The notes beneath the pieces were generated by a model that saw only the letters and a list, made by a program, of their open reading frames with translations, searched no databases and had not been told where the DNA came from. Below, piece by piece: positions 1 to 11,899 of a stretch of 64,000 bases of DNA. Within the stretch, counting starts at the first letter, position 1, and every line of letters starts with the position of its first letter. The position numbers and the translations under genes are program-made. The DNA comes from Octopus sinensis (lineage: Eukaryota), in the NCBI RefSeq assembly GCF_006345805.1, contig NC_043004.1, forward strand, positions 74,834,001-74,898,000. The letters are read 5' to 3'.

Positions 1-1276
1 TGTAGCTATTACTGGAGGTAATACTGAAGTGAAAAAACCTATAGCGAATTTGTGTAGAATAACATTGATTGGATGTGCCTCTCATAAATTCAATCTAGTT
101 GTTTCTGCTTATTCTAGACAAGCAGGAAGTTCTGTATGATAAGATTAAAACGTTGATGGGTAAGCAAAAATCATTAAAACTTGCGAGTAAACCTCGGGAA
201 AAAACGTCTTTGCAACATGACATGATTGAGAGGTACATCTAACTCAAGCTATTTTTAGAATCTTTTCAAGGCGATCCAAAGCTGGTTGAGTATCTGCTGT
301 CTCCATGCGATCATAATGATCTGCAGACTCTAAAAGACAATTTCGGAAAGTTACGCTCAGTAACAGTCGCCTTGCAAAGAACAGAAATAGAATTGGGAGC
401 TGCTCGAATTCTTTTTTACGAAATTCTCGCATTGTATCCTTACGAGGATTTTTTGAAATATTTGCTTCCATCGGCAGCCATTGTGCACAGCCCAAATTTT
501 GAAAGTGGAGTTGTGAAAATTTTACAAAATGCAGAAGCAGAGCTACCTGCGGATGAAGTGGCTGCTGCTCTACATCAGCTGAAAGGGGTGACAGTCATGT
601 CGCAACAGTCTGATTTTTCTGTAGAAGATGATGATTTTGCTTCAACTTGTTTGAAAAAACACAAAAAAGATAAAATTTCATTTCAGCAATATCTGAACTG
701 TAGATTTTTGTTACCAATGTCCAACATCCTGGAACATTTCTTCAGCTCAGCAGGTTACGCTTTTAATGATTTTTCGGCAATAATTAACGCCAATGAATTT
801 AGAAAAGCAATTATTTCTAAACGTCAATCGCGCTTTCTGGGATGAAGAACTAGTTTCAAAAATCTGAAATCGTTCGTGACCTTTTGCTATATTAGAACAT
901 TTTAAATGTGTTACTCCTTTGAGAAACTCTTTCAATTATAGGCTTTCAATTTATTTGTTTTTCAACTTCTGTACAATGTAGAGTATAATGTTGTTTGTTT
1001 CCTATTCTAAATCAATAAAATTGATCTTTGAACGTCTTCTGATAATCATGTTTTTTGAAACTATAAGACGTGCCTTTTATTTTCTTATCATTTTAGTTCT
1101 TATCTAAATCGAAGCTAACACTCCAAAATATATGATGTTTTTACGTTCAGTAAAATAACTGACAATTAATTGCAACAAATTGCAATAATTGATTGGCCTG
1201 TATTCCAATTAAAATCAATTGATTGCTAAGAAAATAATTGATTGAGAAGGTTCCAATCAATTATTTACAACTCCTG
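1..1276 (+). mobile_element. Degenerate hAT-superfamily DNA transposon, 3' part (transposase pseudogene ~1-870 plus right terminus)
   Basis: Translates to LIGCASHKFNLVV (hAT CxxH motif) and, across frameshifts, FLLPMSNILEHFFSSAG...NLEKQLFLNVNRAFWD (C-terminal dimerisation-like region). Subterminal AATTGATTG repeats at ~1165-1262; ends ...caactcctg (CAG terminus on the other strand). Confidence 0.7.
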
Positions 1277-1734
1277 GATTTTTCAGATTTCAGAATATCT
1301 TTATATTTGCATCTATAAAATGGAACAGCCTGGAGATGGAACCGAAGTCTAAACACATTATACATTTACATTTCATAAAATAGATTATATTCTAAATGTA
1401 CTTATACATAGATTTTTTTATAATTTTTTAAATACATTATACCAGCTGAAGGGTATGATATCAGTCCCCAACTAGGATGTCATGGTTCGATTGATAGGTT
1501 TCTGTGCACGTACCCCATTTGTATTTTGGTTTTTACAAAACAGGTATTTTATGTAAAGTAAGTATTGAACATGATTACAAGTTAATAAAAAGAAAGCTGT
1601 TAAGAGTCAGCATTTCATTGTTAAAGTATTTTGTAAATAATGACAATTGTCATGTTGCACTCATACATAGATGATCTCACGTTTTGTGCTTACATTGAAC
1701 AAGAAATGAAACTCTCGATCGTGTGTGTACTGAC

Positions 1735-2026
1735 GAGGGCCAGATCAAGGTACTGGCAACTCGGGCAATAGCCTGAGGCACCATGTGCTAGAGAGCGCCA
1801 AGGAGGGCGTGACAAAGACAAGGAAAACTTACGTTCATGCAACTGCAAGTCTAGATGGGGAGACCGGGGTAGTCCGCTTCGGGTAGCGCTTTTATGGGGG
1901 GGGGGGTGACTGTTTACAAAAACGGAATATTCCACAAAGTATTGCGAAGGTTCCATGTTGTACATGTGCATACTGTTATGACACAAGGGCTGCCCCGGGC
2001 GGCACACGCTCTAGCTACACCACTGA
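1735..2026. mobile_element. GC-rich hAT-type MITE remnant(s)
   Basis: Ends gctctagctacaccactg (reverse complement of a CAGTGG(C/T)GTAGCTAG terminus). Related termini at ~9383-9534 and ~16059-16212. Confidence 0.45.
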
Positions 2027-2794
2027 CCAGTCCTTTTTTCAATGAATCTTGCTCAGCTCTGCACATAGATGTCAAGAAACATGGTCAACCTTCATGGACG
2101 AAGATAATATAAATAAAACCTTTACTGATGTTTACTGTCCGTGGTCTGTGGATTGAGTACAAGGATTACTCCAGTATCGTTTAGCACCAGAGGCTGCCCT
2201 GGTCTAGCAGGCTTATGGTAAAACACATGGTAGTCGTGACCAGTTTGTCTTTTTATAACTTCTTATATCAGACTACATTGTATCTCAGAAGGGTCATTAT
2301 GCCACTGATAAATTCACGTACTGTTTCTATTTCACTTCTTTATCATTCGGCAGATGGTTAACTATTTAACCAATTAACCAATCGATTGATTGCTTAATCA
2401 TCAAGTTAATCACTTAATCAGTCATGTTTGCCAAAGTTGTTTTGTTGCCATTCACGACATCTTTAGTGACATAACCTCTCTACTTCAAGTCAGCTTAAGG
2501 TATGTCCGCCTATCTTTCCCTAAATGTTGGGGGCCTATATTTATATAGCTGTATAGATGTGAGAGAGAGAGGGAAATCAAGTAATAAGAGAGAGAGAGAC
2601 AGACAGACAGAGACAGAGTTTGTTAACCAAATGCAAAAACGAAATTACATCAGTCTACATAATCAAATATATCCTTTATTTTTAATACAACAGAGAAATT
2701 TAGTCGCTATTTTCAACATGCCGTATGATCACATCACGTAGGAGTTCTCACATGGGTCAGAAAATCAGGATGTCTTGTATTACCTGTTTGCAAT

Positions 2795-3385
2795 TGTAGT
2801 GATTCTATATAACGGTGCGCGCACGCGCACCGTCCATTTCTATTTCGCGCGTGCGGTGTTGGTGCCTTCACCAAGGCAGAGAGGAAGGGCCCTCTCGCGC
2901 ATGCGCGAAGCACCGGAAGAAGGACCTTTTTGCCTACGTGGCAGTTAGCCGAGGCAGGGGGATCGTAGGACGTTGACCACTAGCGTCCAGCAGCAGTCAT
3001 TGACTTGAGACAAAGCGACTGAAGGCAACGGACGTATATTTTTCGCTGTCCACTTTTGATAGCAGTCGGCCGAAGGCTTTAACCAAATTGTTGCAGACAA
3101 CATCATCTTCCTCTTTCCGGACGCCATCTTTGACCAGTGTCGTTAGCATTTGAACACTGTAGATTCTACAGCGATATAGTTTAGCTCTGACACATCTATA
3201 CCAAAGGGATACCCAGATATACCACTTATCTGTTACTGTCATAAGAGAATAAAGTAGATATATATTATTTACGTCTGCGTCTTGTTGTTTCTGACTGGTA
3301 GAGAATCTGGATTATTAAAGCAACGGAAAGTGATTGCTTCTCGCACCCCCAAAAGGTCCAGAGAAGATAACCACAAGTCGTCACA
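2795..3385 (+). mobile_element. Solo LTR (Ty3/gypsy-like), 591 bp
   Basis: Starts TGTAGTGA and ends TCGTCACA. Flanked by a 4-bp direct repeat CAAT (2791-2794 and 3386-3389). AATAAA at ~3248. GC/CpG-rich relative to flanks. Confidence 0.7.
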
Positions 3386-3564
3386 CAATTATATAAAGGG
3401 ATTTTGGTATTATATCCATCTTGAAATTGTATATTTTAAAATAAAAATGAGATATGAAATGTGGTTTGACAAGCAGATAAACAAAAAGTTTTTGAAAATC
3501 ATATATATAGACACACACAGACACCACACACACATATACATACATAAATACATACATACATACA

Positions 3565-3692
3565 TAGGGAGAGTTCACAAAAAAAAGACGAAGGCAGGTG
3601 GTGTACAAAACAAACAGATGTATTAGTATAACGCTCAGGAATAGAAAGTCTTTTACGTTTCGGCCTACGCTCTTCTACAGAAAGGGACACAG
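3565..3692 (-). mobile_element. Penelope-like element 3'-end remnant with a hammerhead-like motif
   Basis: Minus strand reads cttt CTGTAGA a gagcgtaggcc GAAAC GTA aaag. A related, more decayed copy lies at ~36195-36335 (+). Confidence 0.5.
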
Positions 3693-3859
3693 AAAAAAAA
3701 AATGTGTGTAAGCACATCCAACCTAACTTGGATGTGTTTGTGACGCCTAGGACTGCGTCATATGTCCTGAGAAATTATCTCGTGTAGATGGCTAAAAATG
3801 CACTGATTATGTCAGTTGGGATTTCATCAGCTCCGGCAGACGGCAATGTTGAATTACGA

Positions 3860-3998
3860 GTATGTATGTGTGTATATATGTATGTATGTATGTATGTATG
3901 TGTGTGCGTGTATATATGTGTGTGTGTATGTATGTATGTATGTGTGTGCGTGTATATGTGTGTGTGTGTGTATGTATGTATGTGTGTGCGTGTATATA

Positions 3999-4029
<31 letters not shown>

Positions 4030-4156
4030 ATGCATGTATGCATGTATGTATGCATGTACGTATATATGTATGTATGCATGTATGTATTATGTATGTATGT
4101 ATGTATGTATGTATGTATGTATGTATGTATGTATGCATGCATGTATCTATCTATCT

Positions 4157-4209
<53 letters not shown>

Positions 4210-4240
4210 GTACTTATGTATCTATCTATGCATGTATGTA
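3860..4240. repeat. Compound (TATG)n/(TG)n/(TATC)n microsatellite
   Basis: Directly visible; source of the MYVC/HTYI pseudo-ORFs. Confidence 0.97.
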
Positions 4241-4714
4241 CGTTGAGTTCCCATACAGTTTCTGTCAACCAAATTGACTCACATGCCGTTGGTCGGCCAG
4301 AGACTATAGTAGCCCAAGGTGCCGTGCAGTGCGACTGAACTTGAAGGCATGTAACTACAAAGCCAGTTTCTAAACCACTTTTTAAATATTTGTTTTATCA
4401 CATATTGCTATATTTCGGAATGGTCATTTTTTAATAAATTATTTTTTTGCCTTGTAAACTCGTTCTTTACTCCAGATTTATTTCAGTATCATTCATATTT
4501 TACGTCTTATGTTAGGAAACCTTTCGTTACACGCCCTGTGACCTCTTCAGCGACTCTCCATCCCACATGTCTCTTCCAGTTTATCTTTCTATCATGTCTA
4601 GCTTTATCTCCGCATGACTTTTGCGTCTACATCTCTGTGTGTGTCTGTGTGTGCGTGCATATGTATATTCACACATACAAAACACATAAACACGAGCAGG
4701 CACGCACGCACGCA

Positions 4715-4760
<46 letters not shown>

Positions 4761-4997
4761 GATACAGACACAAATGCTTGCGCAGATAAAGATACACACC
4801 ACAGAAAAACAAAATGGACTAAACCGGAAAAGAGGAGACGCGTGGGATGGATGATCGCTGAAGAGGTCACAGGGCGTGGGACGAAAGATTTCCAGACATA
4901 AGACATGAAATCAGAACGATATTAAAATAAATCTGAAGTGAAAAACGAATATATATTGCGTGTGCTTATATGGCAAAAATGAAAAAAAAATTATCAA

Positions 4998-5985
4998 ATA
5001 GGTGCAGGAGTGGCTGTGGGGTAAGAAACTTGCTTCCCAACCACATCGTTCTGGGTTCAGTCTCACTGCGTGACACCTTAGGCAAGTGTTTTCTACTATA
5101 ACCTCAGGCCAGCTAGAGCCTTGTGAGTGGATTTGGTAGACGGAAACTGAAAGAAGCCTGCCATATATATGTATATATATAAATATGTGCGTGTGTGTGT
5201 GTATGTAAGCATGCATGTATGTATATATGTACGTATGCATGTATGTATGCATGCATGTATATATGTATGCATGCATGTATATATGTATGCATGTATGTAT
5301 GTATGCATGTATGTATGTATGCATGTATGTATGCATGTATGTATGTATGCATGCATGTATATATGTATGCATGTATGTATGTATATATGTATGTATGCAT
5401 GTATGTATGTATATATGTATGCATGTATGTATGTATGTATGTATGTATACATGTATGTATGCATGCATGTATGTATGTATGTATGTATGTATGCATGTAT
5501 GTATGCATGCATGCATGTATGTATGTATGTATGTATGCATATATGTATGTATGTATGTATGTATGCATGTATGTATGTATATATGTATGTATGCATGTAT
5601 GTATGTATCTATGTATGTATGTATCTATGTATGTGTGTATGTATGCATGCATGTATGTATGCATGCATGTATATATGTATGTATGTATGTATATATGTAT
5701 GTATGCATTCATGTATGTATGTATGTATGTATATATGTATATATGAATGAATGCATGTGTGTGTATGTATGTATGTATGTATGTATGTATGTATGTATGT
5801 ATGTATGTATATATGTATGTATGTATGTATGTGTTGGTGTGTTTTCGGTTTAAGAGACCGAGAGAATAAGAACTAAACTTCCAAAATAAGTCCTAGGATT
5901 GATTTGTTCGACTAAAGGCGGTGCTCCAGTATGGCCGCAGTCAAGTGGCTGAAGCAAATGAAAAGAAGGGAAAAAAAGAAAAAGC
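4998..5985 (+). mobile_element. tRNA-derived SINE family A with a ~670-bp internal (TATG/CATG)n expansion (5163-5832)
   Basis: Head ggtgcaggagtggctgtggggtaag...gggttcagtc (A/B-box-like), core caccttaggcaagtg, tail gactaaaggcggtgctccagtatggccgcagtcaa. Confidence 0.9.
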
Positions 5986-7439
5986 AATATCTGATTCAAC
6001 GCACGGTTTCACATCAGGAATCTTGCAAACGAAATACATAAACGTAGTTTATATATATAAAACGTTGCTGTTTATCTTTCGTACGAGCCTGCATACGAAA
6101 TGCCATTACATAAAAGTCTGTGAGGAATATCAGAACTTTTCACAAAGGGACCCTTGTAAGCCTGCATCTAAAACTCACGTATTATGATCCTCTCAGGCCT
6201 CCATACACTAGCTATACCCTGCCTACTTATTACTGCTAGCAGTCAAAGCGACCGCACAGGACGGACGAACATCTGGGCAGGACTTTTGCTTTTTGTTTGT
6301 TTGTTTTTTCATCTCCAACATTTGCCACGTATCCATCTGTTCGCAACTATATCAGCTTTCCTGTTGCTAACGACAAACAACATAACTTTTACCGGTATTT
6401 ATATCTAGAATAATTAAACAACAATTTATTAATTTATTAGCGGCATTATATCAACAAACATTGTTTTAGTATCCAAACTTTTGCCGTCGCACATTTAATC
6501 TGAATCTAGATGTTACATTCCGTACACGATTTCGTCATCAATATATTGATTTTTAGAAATTTATTTTAGAGACAAATACGTATATATAAATATACATGTG
6601 TATATATATACCTAAAGTACATAGAAGTGTATGTCTCATCACTGATACTTCAACTTCTGCACTTCTGATTTAAATAAGAAAAGCTTTTTGTAGTTGGGAA
6701 GTGTTTACATTGTGAGTGAGTGCTTGTTTTAATTACGTAAAGTTTCTAATTATGGTATTACTTATCACTCCAAACTAAAAGAAGGAAGTAAAGAAAGATA
6801 TGACATAGAGCCGAACACGAAAGGAATAATCACACCAAACTTTAAAAACCAACATATATAGTAACAACAAAAACAAGCACCACCACTACTACTACTATTA
6901 CAACCACTTCCGACTCTGACCATATTAACTTCTGTTACTACTATTATAAGAAGTCTCTCACGGTTAAAAAAAAAGTACAGCAGTAATAAGATTAAGGAAC
7001 CACAGCGAAGGGGACAATAGAAAATAAAAAAGAAAAGATAAAGAAAGAGAGAGAGAGACGAATTTCTCAAATTTTATAATTCTTTAATTGCTGTTTTTGT
7101 GTGTTGTACGAGGAAGCAAGGAATTTTACCATAATTAGCGCCGTCTTTCTGTGTTTTTTTATATCGCTTCTAAACAGTTGTGATTTTATCTCTTGTTTAT
7201 ATAAATATCTCGTGAACTAACCAACACTAGCGAAAGATTGTTTTGAAAAAGATTTAATTTATCGGTTGTTTACAAATATTAATTGGTATTAATAACTGAA
7301 AGATGAGTTTTGGATCTTCAATTTAGGTGAGTTTGCAAATTTTATATACGCGCGCGCACACGTACACATATAAATATATGTATATATGTATTTCTTCTAA
7401 TTTCTCTTTCCTCTCTTTCTCTTTCTCTCTATCTTTCTA

Positions 7440-7461
7440 TTTTATCCATCTGTCTAGACAC

Positions 7462-7497
<36 letters not shown>

Positions 7498-7700
7498 GTC
7501 TGTCTATCTGCCTGTCCGTCCGTCTGTCTATCTATCTGTCTGTCTGTCTATTTGTCTATCTATCTGTCTGTCTATCTATCTATCTATTTGTCTGTCTGTC
7601 TATCTATCTATTTATCTATCTATCTGTCTGTCTGTCTCTTTATCTATCTATCTATCTTTCTATTTGTGTGTCTGTCTGTCTATCTGTCTGTCTTCTGTCT
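7440..7700. repeat. (TATC/TGTC)n microsatellite
   Basis: Directly visible. Confidence 0.95.
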
Positions 7701-8693
7701 TTCGGTCTGTTATATTTGTAAGTTTGTTGTCAAAGAAACTTATAACTTTTAGGCAAAAGTGCTTTGAGGAAACTGGTCCTCAGTAACAGACCTGTGAGCT
7801 AAAACATTCCTGCCGTGACCATCCCGTTTTTTTGTTGTTTTTTTTTTACATTGTACATCTAGGACTAAGTTATTCAACATCCTTTTCATAACACATCCTT
7901 TTCAATAACAGAAGGTTATTTAATGTAGATTTGGTTGTCAAACAAGGCAGAAGCAGGTCAAACGGTTTAATTACCTCGTTGGCACGTGTAGTTACGGAAG
8001 TAGTAGTAGTAGGAGGAGGGGTGGGGTGACGCTCCCATATTTTCCCTCAAGGGAATACAATTCAAGCAAACAGACGTATAATCTACGGCGTTTCAGCTTT
8101 GGCCATCCCGACGCGTTTTCTCATCACAAAAGAAGAGAGAAACTCAAAGAGAGGGCTACTGGTATGCATAAACCAAGATGGCAAAGTCCCCCCCCCCCCA
8201 CACACACACCCATACAGCAACCCTCTTAAATAATATCCTTAAAAATATACAATGATTATGCATTAGAAAACCGAGTGCAGAAGGCTGTTGTTTCTGTTGA
8301 TATGAGACTGCAGACAGCTAACTGTTGCTTATGCACGGATACACAGCTAGGAAGACCAATTGTACATGTCGATTCTAAATTCATTCCGTCGCCGAACCTT
8401 TTATAGGATTTCCTAAAAGTCGCGGTACTCATTCTTATATTTTATGGATGCCGCCTTAAAGAATGGGCACACTGCGCAGTTGTCGGGGTGGGCACAGATA
8501 GAGGGGCACGATATTGATCTCGATACTCTGTGTATGCTGTAAATCAGTGGATCTCAACCAAATTTTTTTTTCCTGTGGACCCCTTTCGTTCCTGTTTTTC
8601 TCAGATGGATCCTCATGACCATTCAGTGTTAAAAAAAATTCCAGTATATTTTCATAATTAAATATTATGAAGAATTATATTTGAAAAACTGTT

Positions 8694-9068
8694 AGGTGCA
8701 GGAGTGGCTATGTAGTAAAAAGCTTGCTTCCCAACCACATGGTTCCGGGTTCAGTCCCACTGATTTGCACTTTGGGCAAGTGTCTTCCACTATAACCTCG
8801 GGCCGACCAAAGCCTTGTGAGTGGATTTGGTGGACGGAAACTGAAAGAAGCCCGTCGTATATGTGTGTGTGTGTGTGTGTGTCCACTATCGCTTGAGAAC
8901 CGATGGTGGTGTGTTTACGTCCCCGTAAATTAGCTGTTCAGCAAAAGATACCTATAGAATAAGTACTGGGTTTACAAAGAATAGGTCCCGGGGTCGATTT
9001 GTTCGACTAAAGGCGGTGCTCCAGCGTGGCCGCAGTCAAATGACTGTAACAAGTAAAAGAATAAAAGA
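8694..9068 (+). mobile_element. SINE family A, full length
   Basis: Same head, core and tail as the other family-A copies; CpGs largely intact. Confidence 0.92.
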
Positions 9069-9083
9069 TCTATAACCAATTTA

Positions 9084-9297
9084 CATTTCACGGATATTTG
9101 TCCTCATCTTGTTTGTTCTTAACACAACGTTTCAGCTGATATACTCTCCAGCCTTCTTCAGGTGTCCTAGGGAAATTTCGAACTTGGGTTCTCTTTCCTA
9201 AGATATGTTTCGATTCTATTATTATTTTTCAGGTCACTGCCTGGAATCGAACTCTGAATCTTGGGGTTAGCAGCCCGCACTCTTAACCACTACGCTA
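9084..9297 (-). mobile_element. tRNA-headed SINE (family H) carrying a minimal hammerhead ribozyme
   Basis: 13-bp TSD TATAACCAATTTA (9071-9083 and 9298-9310). Minus strand has A-box TAGCGTAGTGG and B-box GAGTTCGATTCC, then the hammerhead at 9121-9166. Confidence 0.85.
9121..9166 (-). ncRNA. Minimal type-I hammerhead ribozyme (Penelope-type)
   Basis: GACAC CUGAAGA A GGCUGG-agaguaua-UCAGCU GAAAC GUU GUGUU. Stem I is GACAC/GUGUU, stem II is paired, and stem III is reduced to palindromic AACGUU. Confidence 0.65.
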
Positions 9298-9685
9298 TAT
9301 AACCAATTTATTGCAAATAAATTTTAACAACAAAATCTTATATGGAGCTAGGTTGCGAACCGCTGTTGTAGACTGTATCAATCCAGTGGCCTAGCTAAGG
9401 ATGGGAGTGAAGAAAGAGGTGACATTTTGGGGCCTGCATCATAAGCCTGTATTGGCTTGAAAGTTCGGTATAGGGGTCGGTGGAGCAGAGTCAAGGGCTG
9501 CCCCGGAATGACACGCTCCAGCTGTGTTACTCTGTCTATGAATAAAATGTTTAGGGCATCAATTTGTTGCTTAACCGGGGAACGTAACGCATCTATGACG
9601 GCCCTGCTACCCTCGCCGCCATTTTTATTTTGGTAAGAGATTAAATGAAACAAAAAAAAGTGGAAGAGTGAAAATTTATTTAACT

Positions 9686-10047
9686 TTTTCTTGTTTCAGT
9701 TATTAGACTGCGGCCATGCTGGGGCACTGCCTTGATAATTTTCTTTTTTTAGTCGAACGAATCGACTCGGTACTTAAGTCTGGCACTTTTGCCGAACCGC
9801 TAAGTTACGGAGACGCAAACACACCAACACCGGTTATCAAGCGGTGATGGGGGACAAATACACACCTACACACGCACGCACACTCATACATACATACATA
9901 CATACGACGGGTTTCTTTCAGTTTCCGTATAGAAAATCCACTGACTAGGCTTTGGTCGGCCCGGAAATTAGTAGAAGACACTTGCTCAAGGTGCCACCCA
10001 GCGGGACTGAACCCAGAAACCAAGTTCTTACCACACAGCCGCGCCTT
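9686..10047 (-). mobile_element. SINE family A
   Basis: Reverse-complement match to the family-A tail, core and head. Confidence 0.88.
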
Positions 10048-11189
10048 ATATAGAAACAACAATATGTAACTCATTATGATTACATGTGTGTGTGTGTGTG
10101 TGTGTGTTAAAATGAAACTCGTTGTTAAATTTTATTAAGAAAACCTCATGTCACAGATCCCAAGAATTTTTCATTAAATTCATTTTAGGAAACACTGAAT
10201 TACAAAATATGATTTTGCTTTTTGAAATTTTTTTTTTTTAAGTGACACTATTTTATTTTTGATAATACCTTTATTTAAGGTTACAATAGCGTTATAGAAC
10301 CCACAATTCAGTGGAGTCACGACATAACATGTGTGCATAACGACAGCACACATGTTATTGCATATTGTCCTTTATCATTGGATTCCTTGACCCGACGACA
10401 TTAGTAAAAAAAAACCATGACTGATACCCTCTCTAATCGGCGCTATTTATCGAGAACCACATTACCCAGTCGTCAGAGGAAAATTTGGTTGGTATTTCTA
10501 GCAAAGGAAATGACCAAATAAGCTCTTTCCGCGTTCTGTTGTGCTGTTGTTGGTTTCTGTAAACTGTCGCAGTGAATATTTAAGCTGGAACAATAAGAAG
10601 CCAAGAGTACGAATTCCTAAGAAATGCATTCGGTATGTGAGAGTGATGCGAAAGATGGCGCTCTATGTACTGCAGAGAGTCTGTGGGTGGAATGGGGTAG
10701 TTAAAGTAGAGTCTGTGCTTGTGGACTGACTGACGGCAGAAAGGCATGAGCGTTTAGTAATGTTGAAGCGATGTGGTATGGAGGTGGTGTGTTTGTACTA
10801 AAAAAGAAGCAGATGCCAGTGCTATTGCGCTGCTGCTGCTATCATCCCCTTGGCAGCTCTAATCAAGCAGATCTATGACCATAGGCCTTCTAGCTGTGAT
10901 CATACCGTCTTTCATCTTTTTCTAGCTATTGTAGTACTTCATTTCAACAGGTGTCCAAAACGCATCGAACAAAATTGCTTAGCAGCATTTCTTCCGGTAC
11001 TTAACGTTCTTAGTTCAAATTCGGCTGAGGACGATTTTACATTCATCATTTCAGGGTTCACAAAAATTATTACCAGTCAAAAAACTAAGGTCGGTATAAT
11101 TCACTTGCCCTGCCCATCAAATTTACTGAAACTTAAGCTAAAATCAGAAAAAAAATCACAATTATCTCGTACAAAGTTTTATATGTCTC

Positions 11190-11801
11190 TTTGTTTAGGT
11201 TGGTGAATGCTGCCATATTCCTTGCCTTCAGTTCATCTTTGGTGTTAGAAGGAGTTTTGTTGGTTTCTCGCTCAACTGCACCCCACAAGTAGTAATCAAA
11301 TGGGTTGCAGTCTGGGGAGTTAGGTGGCCAGATGTTAGGAGTGATGTGGTCGCAGAAATTGTCTGCCAGCCCCAGGCACAGTGTCTTCCAGCAGCCACCC
11401 CCTTGACTACCTCCTCCAAGCACTTGATGTAGGTCTCCGTGTTGAGTCTTAGCCCGTGTGCGAAGATAAATGAATGCATAATGTCGCCATCACTAGTGAT
11501 CACTCCAAACACCATGATGTTGACTGGGTGTTTGATTTTATCACTTTCGGTACATGTTTTGGGCTCAGGACAAGTAAACGGCTCTTCTGTTTGTATTGGA
11601 ACTTCCGGCACGAATGGCAAGCAGTACAGCATGTCGCTTCCAAATTTCTGGCAGAGTGAATTGCATCATGGTGCTGTTTTCTCACAGACGGTGCCCAACT
11701 GACCCTACTATGCTATGTAGTCGACAAAATCAAAAACGAACATGTGCATGCGCGAACTTAAAAATATAGAATGGCGACAGTTGACCCATCACACCCTGTA
11801 T
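11190..11801 (-). mobile_element. Tc1/mariner deletion derivative with a transposase C-terminal remnant
   Basis: ORFs give IMVFGVITSDG and WPPNSPDCNPFDYYLWG (SPDLNP-type DDE/D motif). Terminus ...cacaccctgTA. A related fragment lies at ~50205-50385. Confidence 0.85.
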
Positions 11802-11899
11802 ATGCATTATTTCTCAACCCCTTATTTACTCTAACAACCTTGCGATTATATTTGAATTGACACTACATATTTTACTTGTTTATTCTTTTTTTTTTAATA

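Larger units (their letters stand above)
8545..9365. mobile_element. hAT-type MITE containing two nested SINEs
   Basis: TIRs cagtggatctcaacc / ggttgcgaaccgctg. Interior interrupted by SINE A (8694-9068) and the ribozyme SINE (9084-9297). Confidence 0.6.

Noticed and set aside
6184-6408. 74-aa hydrophobic ORF
   Set aside because: No recognisable motif or splice support; the hydrophobicity reflects T-rich sequence.
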